A stretch of DNA of 63,337 nucleotides, counting the filler, from Octopus bimaculoides (Eukaryota), in the NCBI RefSeq assembly GCF_001194135.2. It is 6 parts of 6 records of this genome, joined end to end, with 100 filler letters (N's around TTAATTAATTAA, not from the genome) between each part and the next. Parts side by side here need not be neighbours in the genome. Positions count along the whole stretch, not along the records: positions 48,837 to 55,055 come from NC_068998.1; positions 55,156 to 59,456 come from NC_068988.1; positions 59,557 to 63,337 come from NC_068984.1; 3 more parts are not named here. One strand, 5' to 3'. This document shows, piece by piece, positions 51,700-63,337 of this stretch. The position numbers and the translations under genes are program-made. How positions within the stretch are numbered: position 1 is the stretch's first letter; every line of letters starts with the position of its first letter. The notes beneath the pieces were generated by a model. The model had not been told where the DNA came from. It worked only from the letters and a program-made list of their open reading frames with translations, and ran no database searches.

Positions 51700-54560
51700 G
51701 ATTTTAATCTCATTTTAACATTTGTAACCATTCTTTTAGTAATTGCATTTGATTCGAGATGATATAGATATGTTTACATTGATTTTATCTGGTCCTATTG
51801 AGCCATGTACAGATTTTATCAATATTCATTCTCTAATTGGTTGTGGAACAATTGTTATTAGCATTTAATTCACAGGTATTGTCAGATATTAATATTTCTG
51901 GAACACTATCATCGATAGTACTTGCCTAAATACAATTCACATCCTAACAGTAATCTGACCACAGTGATTCTAACACCATAGTTGGTATTGAACCACAATA
52001 TACATAATCATGCTCAGTTTTTATCATCTGTGTTCTGTAACCTTTTGGTGGAACAATTGTCCTTTAACTAAGATGACATCTTCAAGCATTAATTTATTTT
52101 TTAATTTCTAAAATGGCCTTTCGACAACAAAACAACTGACCCAATTATAACTGAATTATCCTTATCGATATACTGGATAAAATATTATCATTGCCAGTCT
52201 TTATATTTTTACATTACAGAACATCAATTTCTACAAGTTGGATAAAACATCATTATCATCATGATGTTCATCTAAGAAGATAATGTTAATTAAGTTTATG
52301 TTTATGTATTTGTTTTGCAAGATTCCTGGTGTGAAATCGTGTGTTGAAACAGATATTGTTACATTTTGGGATGGTCATTTTTTTTACCAAATAAGTGCAT
52401 GCACTGCATATTTGTTCTTCACTTCAGATTTATTATCGTTCTTATTTTATGTCCTTTGTCTGGAATGCACCTTCTGTGACCTCTTCAGCAACTCTCCATC
52501 CCATGTGTCTCCTCCTGTTCTCTTTAGCCTATTCTGTCTTTGTATGTTATGAATCCTTATCTGTGTATGCATTTGTATTAATTAAATTGCAATTGCGAAA
52601 ATGTATTATTCCCTTTATACACTATATGATAGAACCAAATGCAATCATTTGTAAGACCCATCACAAAATATGTGCAGATGTTATTTTCAGTAAATAACAA
52701 TTTCTGCTAAAAATAATTCTAGTAACCTAATGATTTGAGGCCAGTTTAGATTTTCTGTCAAGCAGAGCTTCCATTTCAGATCTGAAAACTTTGTTTCAGC
52801 TGCAAATGTAGTTTAGGTAGGCTATTTTATTCCTGACATAAATTTTCACTTGCATTAGTTGTTAGTGTAATATTTTTTGAAACATCATAAATCTTGACTA
52901 CTGTCTTATTACTAACCAGTTTTATACACACAAATGCCTTTTGTAATTGGACTTCCCATGAAAATGGGACATCACATTTACAAAGTTTAGCAAGTGGCAA
53001 TATTTCGTTTGAATATTGCTCACTATATCTCACATAAAAACTGACAAGTCCATGAAAAGTTTCTAATTCTTTTTATCGTTTGATAGTTTTTGCACCCATA
53101 ATTCACCCTCCTAAATGATGATCTGACGATATCTTCTTTGTCAGTCTATATCCTCCAAAAAGCAATTCCCAACTCTCCACCACAGGCTCTGCTCTATTAA
53201 TTGCAGTGCCTGATGCTTGATAATTCCGATTGTTTTATGATCTTGTGTGAACTTTCAACAATGTTAGCAACAAATTTATTGATAATCTTAATAAATAATA
53301 ATAATATCAATGCTATTTCCTAGAACATGTACAAGTCCCTGGAACAGAGCTGACTGTTCCAATTTCATATGGAAAACATTCAATCTTAGAAGATTTATTG
53401 ATGTATTTATCATTACTTCTTTCCCTATTGAACACATTTCTAGTTGGTGATATGCACCATTTAAATTTAGTTTAGAGAATATAATTCATGCTAAAGAGTA
53501 AAAACAAAAAATATTGCTCCAGTATTGTTGAAGAAAAATCTGAACAAATTCCTTCTTTCATTGTCTCTTTATATTCTAAAATCTCCATGTGCTTTCTGCA
53601 CATCTTCCGATATCCATTTATTCTTTCCAGACATAAACTATTTCCAAAGATAATAATTAAATAGTTTCCTTAGTTTTATTATGTATTGGTAATAATCTTG
53701 TCCCAGAAGAACATGGTTCAATGTTTACTTTAAGAAAAATTTTTGTTTTTAAACCTCTTAACAACCACTTAATCTTCCAAATTGTACTGAAACTTCAAGT
53801 TCATGAATTAATGTTGAACTATCGCTATTCATCCCATTCTTATCAAACAAGTCATGATTGTTTTTTCTTTTTCTTTTTTTTACATTTAGAAACACTAAAA
53901 ATTCTTTTATCAGTTTCCATTAATGTTGCAAACATTATCAAAATTTCATTGAGTGGGCTATCAAATTGTATGGGTTTGGTATCACCCCTTTATTAACTTT
54001 ACTTTATTCAATAATTGTATCAAAAACTTTTGAGGTATTTCAGTTACCGGTTTGCCAATGTCAATTTGTATCTCAAAATTACTATTATTGAATTTCACAT
54101 TCATCATTGTAGTATTTTTATGAGAATTTCATAGATACTTGCAGAATTTTAATTTTCAGTTTCATGAATTACTTCATTCCATTTTGAATATTTACATAAT
54201 ACCTTAAAATGATACAAGTGTCACCAAATGCAGAATATTCAGAGATAAATTTATATTTGTTTCTTTCAATATGTGATCCCCATGGGCTTATCAAGATTTT
54301 AGTTATGCTATTTTCAGACATCTGAAATTTAGAAATATTTGAACATTGTGCTTATGCAATGCTCAAAAACTTGTATGCATCTATGAGTCTCTTTTGATTT
54401 GCATAATCTGCATTTTGTCTTTCAGTTTTACTTCTATGAATTCCCCCCAGAGCTGACACACATAATTACTGAGAATAACTTTGAATTCATTCAGTTAAAT
54501 GTTGATGTGAAAGAATCTGACTCTTTCATCAATTACTAATTTATTTGGTTATGAATTTAT
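51700..54560 (-). mobile_element. Decayed Ty3/Gypsy LTR retrotransposon gag-pol remnant
   Basis: Minus-strand motifs in Gypsy order: gag knuckle-like HFKVLC (~54200); protease FEIQIDIG (~54065); RT KLNLNGAYHQLE (~53455) and IIIY*D (~53290); KELETFHGLVSFY (~53050); RNase H ITLTTNASE (~52860) and AAETKFSD; integrase IVPPK, HDYVYCG (~52000) and VPEILISDN (~51890). Many stops and frameshifts; no LTRs recognised. Confidence 0.85.
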
Positions 54561-54751
54561 GAATTATGTTCTCATTGTTTAGGTAAAGGATTACATCCAG
54601 GCCTCTGTCATTATCTTGGTTATCAAGTGGAAACTCATAGCTGTTAACCGGTTATGCCATTGATGTGTCATACTGTTTTTAATCTATGTAAAGCCTTAGT
54701 CACACATGAAGCTTTAAATCCAGAAGTTTTAATTCAACCAGATAACTAAAC

Positions 54752-54754
<3 letters not shown>

Positions 54755-54790
<36 letters not shown>

Positions 54791-55419
54791 GTTTAACGTC
54801 TGCTTTCCATGCTAGCATGGGTTGGACGATTTGACTGAGGACTGGTGCAACCGGATGGCTACACCAGGCTCCAATCTAATTTGGCAGAGTTTCTACAGCT
54901 GGATGCCCTTCCTAACGCCAACCACTCAGAGAGTGTAGTGGGTGCTTTTATGTGTCACCCGCACGAAAACGGCCACGCTCGAAATGGTGTCTTTTATGTG
55001 CCACCCACACAAGAGCCAGTCCAGGGGCACTGGCAACGATCTCGCTCGAAAACCCNNNNNNNNNNNNNNNNNNNNNNNNNNNNNNNNNNNNNNNNNNNNT
55101 TAATTAATTAANNNNNNNNNNNNNNNNNNNNNNNNNNNNNNNNNNNNNNNNNNNNAAGTTTCCTCATTGACCACCAGATAAGGGATCGGGGGACCCTGTC
55201 AAAAGCTTTCTCCATGTCAACGAAAGCCAGGTACAGAGGTTTATCCTTAGCTAGGTATTTCTCCTGCAACTGTCTCACTAGAAATAAGGCATCAGTAGTG
55301 CTTTTACCTGGCACGAACCCAAACTGCATCTCATCTAAATTGATTCGCTCCCTAATTAGTTGGGCTATGACCCTCTCTGTAACTTTCATAACCTGATCTA
55401 ACAGCTTGATGCCTCTGTA

Positions 55420-55420
<1 letters not shown>
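54755..55420 (-). mobile_element. RTE-clade LINE: RT fragment plus 3' UTR and (GAT)n tail, split by an assembly spacer
   Basis: 55156-55418 encodes RGIKLLDQVMKVTERVIAQLIRERINLDEMQFGFVPGKSTTDALFLVRQLQEKYLAKDKPLYLAFVDMEKAFDRVPRSLIWW. 54755-55055 looks like a 3' UTR ending in a (CAT)n run on the plus strand. Confidence 0.9.
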
Positions 55421-55463
<43 letters not shown>

Positions 55464-55490
55464 TTGAGTATATATATGTATATATATGCG

Positions 55491-55515
<25 letters not shown>

Positions 55516-55521
<6 letters not shown>

Positions 55522-56200
55522 ATATGAATTAGAAGCAACTCTGATGATATAAACAACATCGAACACACATACACAAGGTATGTGTTTTGTTAGTTTGCAG
55601 AAGATAGGCTTCACTTATAAGCATAAGAAAATACATTCTCTTCAATGTGCCTGCTGTTGAAACACCTGGAAGTCATAGACAAGGAAGATAACTCGCATCA
55701 AGTCCCATTCAGGAATGATAGACTTCTATGTTTTTTCATTTTTGTGACCTATCAATACCATGTACCCAGATGAGGCCTGATGCAAGCTAAATTGCTGTCT
55801 GTGACTATATGTAAAATGGTGTAAGAACCATCTGCTGATATGTCTCAACATTTCATAACATGGGAAAAATTCAAATATGAATTAAAAGCAGCTCAGAGGA
55901 TATAAACAATAATGAACACCCGTGTTTTGCTAGCTTGTGGGTAGGCTGCGCTTGTAGGTGTAAGAGAATATATTCTCATCAGTGCATGTAGTGTTAAAAC
56001 ATCTGGAAGGTATAGTCAAGTGAGATAACTTGCATCAAGTCCCATTCAGGAGAGATAGACATTAGTGTTTCATCATTTTTAAAACTTGTCAATACCATAT
56101 ACCTGATGGAGGCCCATTCAGTATCGACAAGTCACAGAAATGATGAAACATCAATGTCTATCGCTCCTCAATGGGACCTGATGCAAGTTATCTTGCTTGA
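55516..56200. repeat. Diverged tandem duplication (period 353 bp); copy 2 holds an 80-bp-arm inverted repeat
   Basis: ATTCAAATATGAATTA starts at 55516 and at 55869 with colinear similarity. Arms 56016-56095 and 56121-56200 match at 68/80. Confidence 0.9.
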
Positions 56201-56243
56201 TTATGAATTTCAGGTGTTATTCTATTATTTTGTCCAAACCATG

Positions 56244-56278
<35 letters not shown>

Positions 56279-56289
56279 ATATGAGTCAC

Positions 56290-56460
56290 CAGCACTGGCC
56301 ATGACTACAATTTCACTTGGTATGATGAGTCTTCTTAAGAGCAGCAAATTGCCAAAAGTCATGATCACTTGTCATCACTTCTGTGTGACTCAACATTTGA
56401 AGGTCAGACTTCACCACTGCGTCCCATGTCTTCCTGGGTCAACCTCTTTCATAGATTCCT
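56290..56460 (-). mobile_element. RTE LINE C-terminal fragment
   Basis: Minus translation RG*PRKTWDAVVKSDLQMLSHTEVMTSDHDFWQFAALKKTH matches the RGRPRKTW C-terminal motif of RTE ORFs. Confidence 0.8.
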
Positions 56461-59400
56461 TCCACAATTAGATATATTTTAGAGGATATTTCTATAGGTA
56501 GTAGCAGTTTCGTTTTAGATGCAAGATCTGTACTCCATTGTCTGTCTGATTAAAGTTCTAATAAAGTGTTAGTGGTTATTGAAGGATAAAATATTTTCTG
56601 GCTCTGTAGAAGAAATCCTAGTTTTATCATTCAGTCAAGCATTTGCATAAGGCCAAATGCATATTTAACACCCCTCACCTCCCTTGGAAGGTAATATGTA
56701 CAGTAACACAGATCTTTTCTTTTACACACATCATATTTGTGCAACTAGATACACATTCCATATAAGTGGTCTCTACAAGGTCAGCTTAACTTTTTAACAG
56801 CAGGATCATGCCCTGAGACATAGTAACAGAAAACAACAGCAACTTGATCATTATAAATAGAGACACACACACACACACACGCGCGCGCGCATGCACACAC
56901 ACACACACACACACATACACGCACACACACATACATATACAGTTCTTTTGTCTATAATGCTAAGCACTCGTTTTTTTCCCCCCAGTAGTTGAAGTTGTTT
57001 TAATCATAGCATAGTAAAATATTTGACAACTTAGAAACTTCTGCTGCTTTATTATACTGTCACGTTGTCCGTCTGTGCGTCTGAGAGACTTTCTATTGTT
57101 TCTTTTTTCATTTACATTTTCTTTTGACTTACTCAATAACACAGAGCTAAACCAGTAATGGAAAAATTAATTCTTCTCCCTTTAGCCACTCATTCAGCCA
57201 TTCTGACTCCTTATTCTTCCTTCTGAATGCTTTATGACAAAAACTTAATTTAAAACAAGGACTGGAGTTAATATGGTGTGAAGGATATGTACCCTTAGTC
57301 TGTTAGCCTCCAGCAGCAATGGTACTTATATTAGCTTTATTCACCTGTGTTTGGAACATGGTCAAAACTTTGACATTTTCTATCTTATATTTTATTTTTC
57401 TATCTTTTTAATTCTCTGTCTTTTTCCTCTTTCGAATTGTTTAATTTTTCAGTGAATAACACTTCAACTTACGTTCCTCTTTTATTCTTCTTCTAAGTCT
57501 GTTTGCATCTCTCTCTCTCTCTCTCTGTGTCTATCTCATTTTCTTTATATTTTCTTTCTACTAGTCTTCTTCTCCTTCCCTTCCACTCCCACACATGTCT
57601 AGCTCTATATACACAATAAAATTGAGCTTAAAATTCATAACCCTTTTATTTGAGACTACTTTCCCAAAGGGCAGAAGTGATAAAGTTATAATTTTGTCAA
57701 ATATTGGTCTACATAAAACCAGTCTTTTATGCAAAAGCCATTATTTTCTAAAGAAATATTAACATCAGCTTCTTATATATGTCAGATTTTTCGATTGACA
57801 AAACAGGTAAAATTTTACAATGATGTAGACAACCATGAAATGTAAGTGTATGTGGTTGTGTGTACAGAAGGAGTGATGTAAGGAGAGAAGGAGAGAAGAG
57901 GAAGGAAGGAAGGAAGGAAGGAAGGCAGAATAAAAAGAAGAAAAACAGAAAAAAGAAGGAAAATAGAATTTTCTGAAGCTTCCTATTCTAGACTCTGCAA
58001 AGTTTATTTTTCTCATCTGTAACACATATTGATTTCTTACTTAGCCATAAGTTAGAAAAACTAATTGAAGAGAAGAGCTGAGAATGTGTGATGTTCATTC
58101 TGTTCTGATGATTTTGTATTGTTTAAGTGAGAAGCAGTTTGACTAAAAAATGAATTCTGTTTTCACACTTTTTGTCATCAGAAGCTTGTGGCTAGCTTTG
58201 TATCCTTTAGAAGAGTATTAAAATTCCTAGAGAGCATCATCATCATCATCATAACACCCCCCTCCCACCACCACCAATAATTGCCAACAGGTGGCTACAG
58301 GACTCAAACGCATACCTCTCAGCTAAACGTCCCACTGACAGCAATTACTGTAAATTTTGATAATAGCTTTGGAATACCAGATTCACTTTGGTTAGTCTAG
58401 AGTATAATAGAAGACATTTACCCAAAAGTGACACATAGTGGGATGGATTTGATATCAAGTAACTGGGAAGCAAGCTTCTTCACCACACAACTACATCTGC
58501 ATTATTGAAATACTAGCAAAAAGGCCGCCCTCCAGGCAGTTTTCTGCTAGCCACTTGATAATATTTTCACATTTGATTCCCAATTCTAATGATTTTTATG
58601 ATATTTTACGTCTAATTACTTCTTTGTATAATAGTGCTCACTTGCTTAGTAAATATTGCTTTCATTATTTTATCAATCATAATCTCTCTTTTTTAAACAA
58701 ACATCACGGTAGTCCAACAACAGAGGGAGAAACAGTTTGTCAAGTTTTACCTTCCCCTCCAAGCAACATAGAGATTTCAATTCAGCAGCCCATCGGTAAG
58801 CTTTGCTGTGTGTGTGTGTGAGAGTGAGAAAGGGGGTGGGGAAGAGAGAATATTGCAAACAATGAATGAAATAAACATGAAATGGAAAAATTCGTATAAA
58901 TAAAAGGGCATTAATACAGATGTATACGCCCCTGGGTTTGTTGCCTCATAACATCCAGAAAAATGGATACTTTTTAACAAAATTTTCTACAAATATTGCT
59001 TAGATGTTGTGGCTTCAGAGTATATAGGGATTTATGGGAATGAATTTTTCCAAATGGCATAGATTACAATTATAAAGAAGTTTGTGGGAAAAATTTTTGG
59101 TGGGATTTTCCCCATTTTTTTAAAACCACAGCCTTTGAAATGATTAGGGTGGGGGTGGCATCTTTGTATGAAAAAGTTTTGAAAACTCTCTTTTTTTACA
59201 CCCCACTCCTCATCATCCCACTCTGGACCTATTTTGGCCAATTTTTGTTTTGCACTTCAAAACCATTGGAAAAGCATTTTTCTAAAAAAAAAAAAAAAAT
59301 TTCTATTTTCAGAGGGAAAAGTGATGACTTAAGGGTGATTTGGCTGTTGTTTCTAGCACATACAAAGACAACCCTCCCATGTTTTTTTTTTTATCACTCT

Positions 59401-59556
59401 TGCATGTATTAATGTTTTTCAATAGTTTTCCCCCATAAATACATTTATATGTTATANNNNNNNNNNNNNNNNNNNNNNNNNNNNNNNNNNNNNNNNNNNN
59501 TTAATTAATTAANNNNNNNNNNNNNNNNNNNNNNNNNNNNNNNNNNNNNNNNNNNN

Positions 59557-59615
59557 CGGGCCGACCAAAGCCTTGTGAGTGGATTTGGTACATGGAAACT
59601 GAAAGAAGCCCATCG

Positions 59616-59652
<37 letters not shown>

Positions 59653-59890
59653 GTATGTATGTGTGTGTGTGTATATGTTTTTGTGTCTGTGTTTGTCCCT
59701 ACAACATCGCTTGACAACCAATGTTGGTGTGTTTACGTCCCCGTAACTTAGCGGTTCGGCAAAAGAGACCGATAGATTAAGGTTTACAAAGAATAAGTCC
59801 TAGGGTCGATTTGCTCGACTAAAGGCGGTGCTCCAGCATGGCTGCAGTCAAATGCCTGAAACAAGTAAAAGAGTAAAAGAGTAAAGAGAG
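59557..59890 (+). mobile_element. SINE family A, 3' two-thirds
   Basis: High similarity to 20180-20502; the head is lost in the assembly spacer. Confidence 0.9.
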
Positions 59891-60465
59891 TATACATATT
59901 TTCGTTTGACTTCAAATTAGTGTGTGAGTGTCTATATATATATGTATATATATATATAAATATACACATACATGCATACGTCTGTATATAGTATGTATGT
60001 ATGTATGTATGTATGCATGCATGCAAGTATGTATGTATGCGTTTATTTCTGGAGTTATGATTCCAAGTAGGGAACTATTCTTAAAATATATTTAAAGTAT
60101 TTGTTTTCCAAAAGATAAGCACCTGTAAACCATTCTATTTTAAACACTATTTTTTTTCTCAATTATAAAGCCAATTCCGACTCCGTTCTTCGCCTCATAT
60201 GAACACAACTCACACACACACACATACACAGATAACACACAACACACACACACACACACACAATACACATTCACTCATTCACACACACTCTCACACTCAT
60301 AAACACACCTAAACACACATATATGCACACACGCACACATTCTGAGCCAACTTATAAATAAACTCGGATTTTCTTAATTCTTACACTCCAATAATTCCCT
60401 GCTGAAACTAAAGTGATCAACCACTGTGCGAAATTGTACTTTCGACTATTTCAGTATCTCATATA

Positions 60466-60507
60466 TCATCATCACCATCATCATCACCATCATCATCATC
60501 ATCATCG

Positions 60508-60542
<35 letters not shown>

Positions 60543-60593
60543 GTCGTCGTCGTCATCTTCATCGTCCTCGTCGTCATCGTCATCGTCATCGTC

Positions 60594-60625
<32 letters not shown>

Positions 60626-60840
60626 CATCGTCATCATCATCGTCATCATCATCATCATCATCATCGTTTTTAACGCATTTCTTCTGACATGGCTTGGACG
60701 ATTCGACAGGATCCGACGAGTCAGCTGTCCACTTGGTATTGCTTTTATAGCTTGATGTCCTTCCTAATGACCGCCTCTTTACTGCTATACTGGGTGCGGT
60801 TTGTTTTTTCGTAGCACCAGTCCCAATGGCGACGCCATGC
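60466..60840 (-). mobile_element. Old RTE-tail-related repeat with a long (GAT)n tail
   Basis: After about 200 bp of (CAT/CGT)n, the segment TTTAACG...CATGGCTTGGACGATT...GATGTCCTTCCTAATG parallels the 54790-54920 tail. Confidence 0.6.
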
Positions 60841-60914
60841 AGCAAATTGCAAAACTGCAATATATATATATATATATATATATATGGGAGAATATACAAA
60901 TAATAACAACAGAC

Positions 60915-61175
60915 GAGGACAGGTGGTGTAAATAACAAAAGTATATATTAGTATGACGCTCGGGAATACGGAAAGTCTTTGACGTTTCGAGCTACGCTCT
61001 TCAACAGAAAGAATACGGAGACAAGGAGAAAAACACGGAGACAAGGAGAAAAACACGGAGACAAAAGTGGAAAAGTTCAAAAGTTTTTTAGACGTCGTGG
61101 TATATTGAAGCGATTTCCAATCAGAAAATGGGTCCAGTGTAATCCGTGGGTAGGAGAGGTGCAGCCGGAGGGTAT
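60915..61175 (-). mobile_element. Penelope-like pseudo-LTR fragment
   Basis: On the minus strand a pyrimidine-rich tract and a 20-bp tandem repeat (plus strand ACGGAGACAAGGAGAAAAAC x~2.5) precede the hammerhead-like motif. Truncated by a gap; no PLE ORF visible. Confidence 0.4.
60976..61012 (-). ncRNA. Minimal hammerhead-like motif, variant core (CUGUUGA plus an extra A)
   Basis: Minus strand reads TCTTT-CTGTTGA-A-GAGC gta GCTC-GAAAC-GTC-AAAGA: perfect 5-bp stem I, 4-bp stem II, palindromic ACGT stem III and GUC triplet. A6 is replaced by U. Confidence 0.55.
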
Positions 61176-61527
61176 NNNNNNNNNNNNNNNNNNNNNNNNN
61201 NNNNNNNNNNNNNNNNNNNNNNNNNNNNNNNNNNNNNNNNNNNNNNNNNNNNNNNNNNNNNNNNNNNNNNNNNNNNNNNNNNNNNNNNNNNNNNNNNNNN
61301 NNNNNNNNNNNNNNNNNNNNNNNNNNNNNNNNNNNNGCTAGCGTGAAAAAACCTCACAAGGGAAAAAATCCATCATTTATTCCCGAAATATATATTTTTA
61401 TATTTATGTAAAGGCATTACTATACAATAATGCCTCACGCTATGAGGGACTCTAAGGTCAGACTACGACAAAAAACACATTTTTACCAAACGTGAGGAAA
61501 TGCAACTCTCAAAGCCAACCCTTTAAA

Positions 61528-61640
61528 AACAGACTGAATTATAGATCATGATTGCGTAGTTATTGTAGTATTATACTGACGAGTAGAGGTTGTATAATAC
61601 TACAATAACTACGAAATCACGATCTATAATTCAGTCTGTT
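61528..61640. repeat. Inverted repeat: 49-bp arms, 2 mismatches, 15-nt loop; overlaps the hammerhead
   Basis: 61528-61576 is the reverse complement of 61592-61640 except at two positions; it ends at the gap edge. Confidence 0.95.
61570..61630 (+). ncRNA. Type I hammerhead ribozyme motif with intact catalytic core (Penelope/retrozyme-like)
   Basis: Stem I ATTATA(61570-75)/TATAAT(61625-30); core CTGACGA(61576-82); stem II GTAG/CTAC extended by TTGTA/TACAA; GAAA(61613-16); short stem III TCACGA; predicted cleavage after AUC at 61624. Confidence 0.75.
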
Positions 61641-63280
61641 NNNNNNNNNNNNNNNNNNNNNNNNNNNNNNNNNNNNNNNNNNNNNNNNNNNNNNNNNNNN
61701 NNNNNNNNNNNNNNNNNNNNNNNNNNNNNNNNNNNNNNNNNNNNNNNNNNNNNNNNNNNNNNNNNNNNNNNNNNNNNNNNNNNNNNNNNNNNNNNNNNNN
61801 NNNNNNNNNNNNNNNNNNNNNNNNNNNNNNNNNNNNNNNNNNNNNNNNNNNNNNNNNNNNNNNNNNNNNNNNNNNNNNNNNNNNNNNNNNNNNNNNNNNN
61901 NNNNNNNNNNNNNNNNNNNNNNNNNNNNNNNNNNNNNNNNNNNNNNNNNNNNNNNNNNNNNNNNNNNNNNNNNNNNNNNNNNNNNNNNNNNNNNNNNNNN
62001 NNNNNNNNNNNNNNNNNNNNNNNNNNNNNNNNNNNNNNNNNNNNNNNNNNNNNNNNNNNNNNNNNNNNNNNNNNNNNNNNNNNNNNNNNNNNNNNNNNNN
62101 NNNNNNNNNNNNNNNNNNNNNNNNNNNNNNNNNNNNNNNNNNNNNNNNNNNNNNNNNNNNNNNNNNNNNNNNNNNNNNNNNNNNNNNNNNNNNNNNNNNN
62201 NNNNNNNNNNNNNNNNNNNNNNNNNNNNNNNNNNNNNNNNNNNNNNNNNNNNNNNNNNNNNNNNNNNNNNNNNNNNNNNNNNNNNNNNNNNNNNNNNNNN
62301 NNNNNNNNNNNNNNNNNNNNNNNNNNNNNNNNNNNNNNNNNNNNNNNNNNNNNNNNNNNNNNNNNNNNNNNNNNNNNNNNNNNNNNNNNNNNNNNNNNNN
62401 NNNNNNNNNNNNNNNNNNNNNNNNNNNNNNNNNNNNNNNNNNNNNNNNNNNNNNNNNNNNNNNNNNNNNNNNNNNNNNNNNNNNNNNNNNNNNNNNNNNN
62501 NNNNNNNNNNNNNNNNNNNNNNNNNNNNNNNNNNNNNNNNNNNNNNNNNNNNNNNNNNNNNNNNNNNNNNNNNNNNNNNNNNNNNNNNNNNNNNNNNNNN
62601 NNNNNNNNNNNNNNNNNNNNATATATATATATATATAAGCAAATTTTAATCTCTCCAATCAAGTTTCATGCTCTGCGATCTCACTTGAAGATCTCGCTAG
62701 AAGTAGACAAACAATTCTACGTCATAAAATTATCTGATGTTGTGACGTGTGTTTGTTACATGTTAAATGTAGCATTGTATTGCAATATCAGTCTTCTATT
62801 TCTGTGGAGGCGTCTCTAAAGTTTGGAGGTATTGTCTGTTAATGTTTTATCTAACTTTGCTGCATGATGTATGCTGTAATGTTACAATTGTCCCTTATTC
62901 TAAATGTATAGTGATCATACGAAAGAGTTTTGGACTTGTCCGGCCAATATAAGAACTGGGGTAGTGTCTAAATTCCATCGATCATTCTAAGTTTTTTTTT
63001 CTTTGCTTCACATGGCCGCTGGAGAAGGCACATCTCAGCAGGGAAATATGTGTAACTATACAGCGCCCTCTGCAGAAAAAATAGCATCACACAAAGCAAC
63101 TCGACATCCTAAAGATGAGAGTGAAATAGTGTGGAAACGTTGATGAAAATGATTTTTTTTGAATTTTTATTGCTCCAAATAAATTCTGAGATATGAGATT
63201 TTAATAAAAAAGAAGTTTCAATTATAACATAGTCATAATTCTAAAACAGGTTTAACAGGAAAGCTGAATTTTCTCTCTTT

Positions 63281-63311
<31 letters not shown>

Positions 63312-63337
63312 ACTCTCTTTCCCCACCATATATATAT

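Noticed and set aside
52283-52697. ORFs 52283-52552 and 52395-52697 as host exons
   Set aside because: They lie antisense within the Gypsy remnant; the peptides have no recognisable features.
58690-58800. Exon ending at a strong donor G|GTAAGC (58795)
   Set aside because: No convincing acceptor, and the peptide SPTTEGETVCQVLPSPPSNIEISIQQPI is unrecognisable.
59030-59456. Odd homopolymer-rich segment with ORFs
   Set aside because: Looks like low-quality read-end sequence next to a spacer.
63105-63145. Hammerhead-like CATC-CTAAAGA...GAAACGTT-GATG
   Set aside because: G5 is mutated and there is no stem II pairing.

Overview
AT-rich eukaryotic draft-assembly sequence; about 15% is N gaps and five of the gaps are artificial 100-bp spacers. 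It is dense in microsatellites and decayed transposons. The repeat families resemble those I associate with octopus (coleoid cephalopod) genomes; this is an inference, not a database result. No host protein-coding exon could be named, and nearly all ORF-track entries are microsatellite or gap translations. Supported content: three tRNA-headed SINE families; fragments of R4/Dong-like RLE LINEs, RTE LINEs and an L1/Tx1 LINE; a decayed Ty3/Gypsy element of about 2.9 kb; and Tc1/mariner remnants. The most interesting signal is a set of sequence-unrelated minimal type I hammerhead ribozyme motifs of the Penelope/retrozyme kind (61570-61630 with an intact core; also 60976-61012, 38144-38188, 46810-46852, 27178-27225). 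Two long foldbacks contain hammerhead sequence, and at 61528-61640 an antisense arm could switch the ribozyme off. Also notable are an internally deleted R4/Dong-like LINE, a 185-nt hairpin in a tandem duplication, a strong minus-strand bias of retroelement fragments, and a candidate 21-nt microexon on the plus strand.
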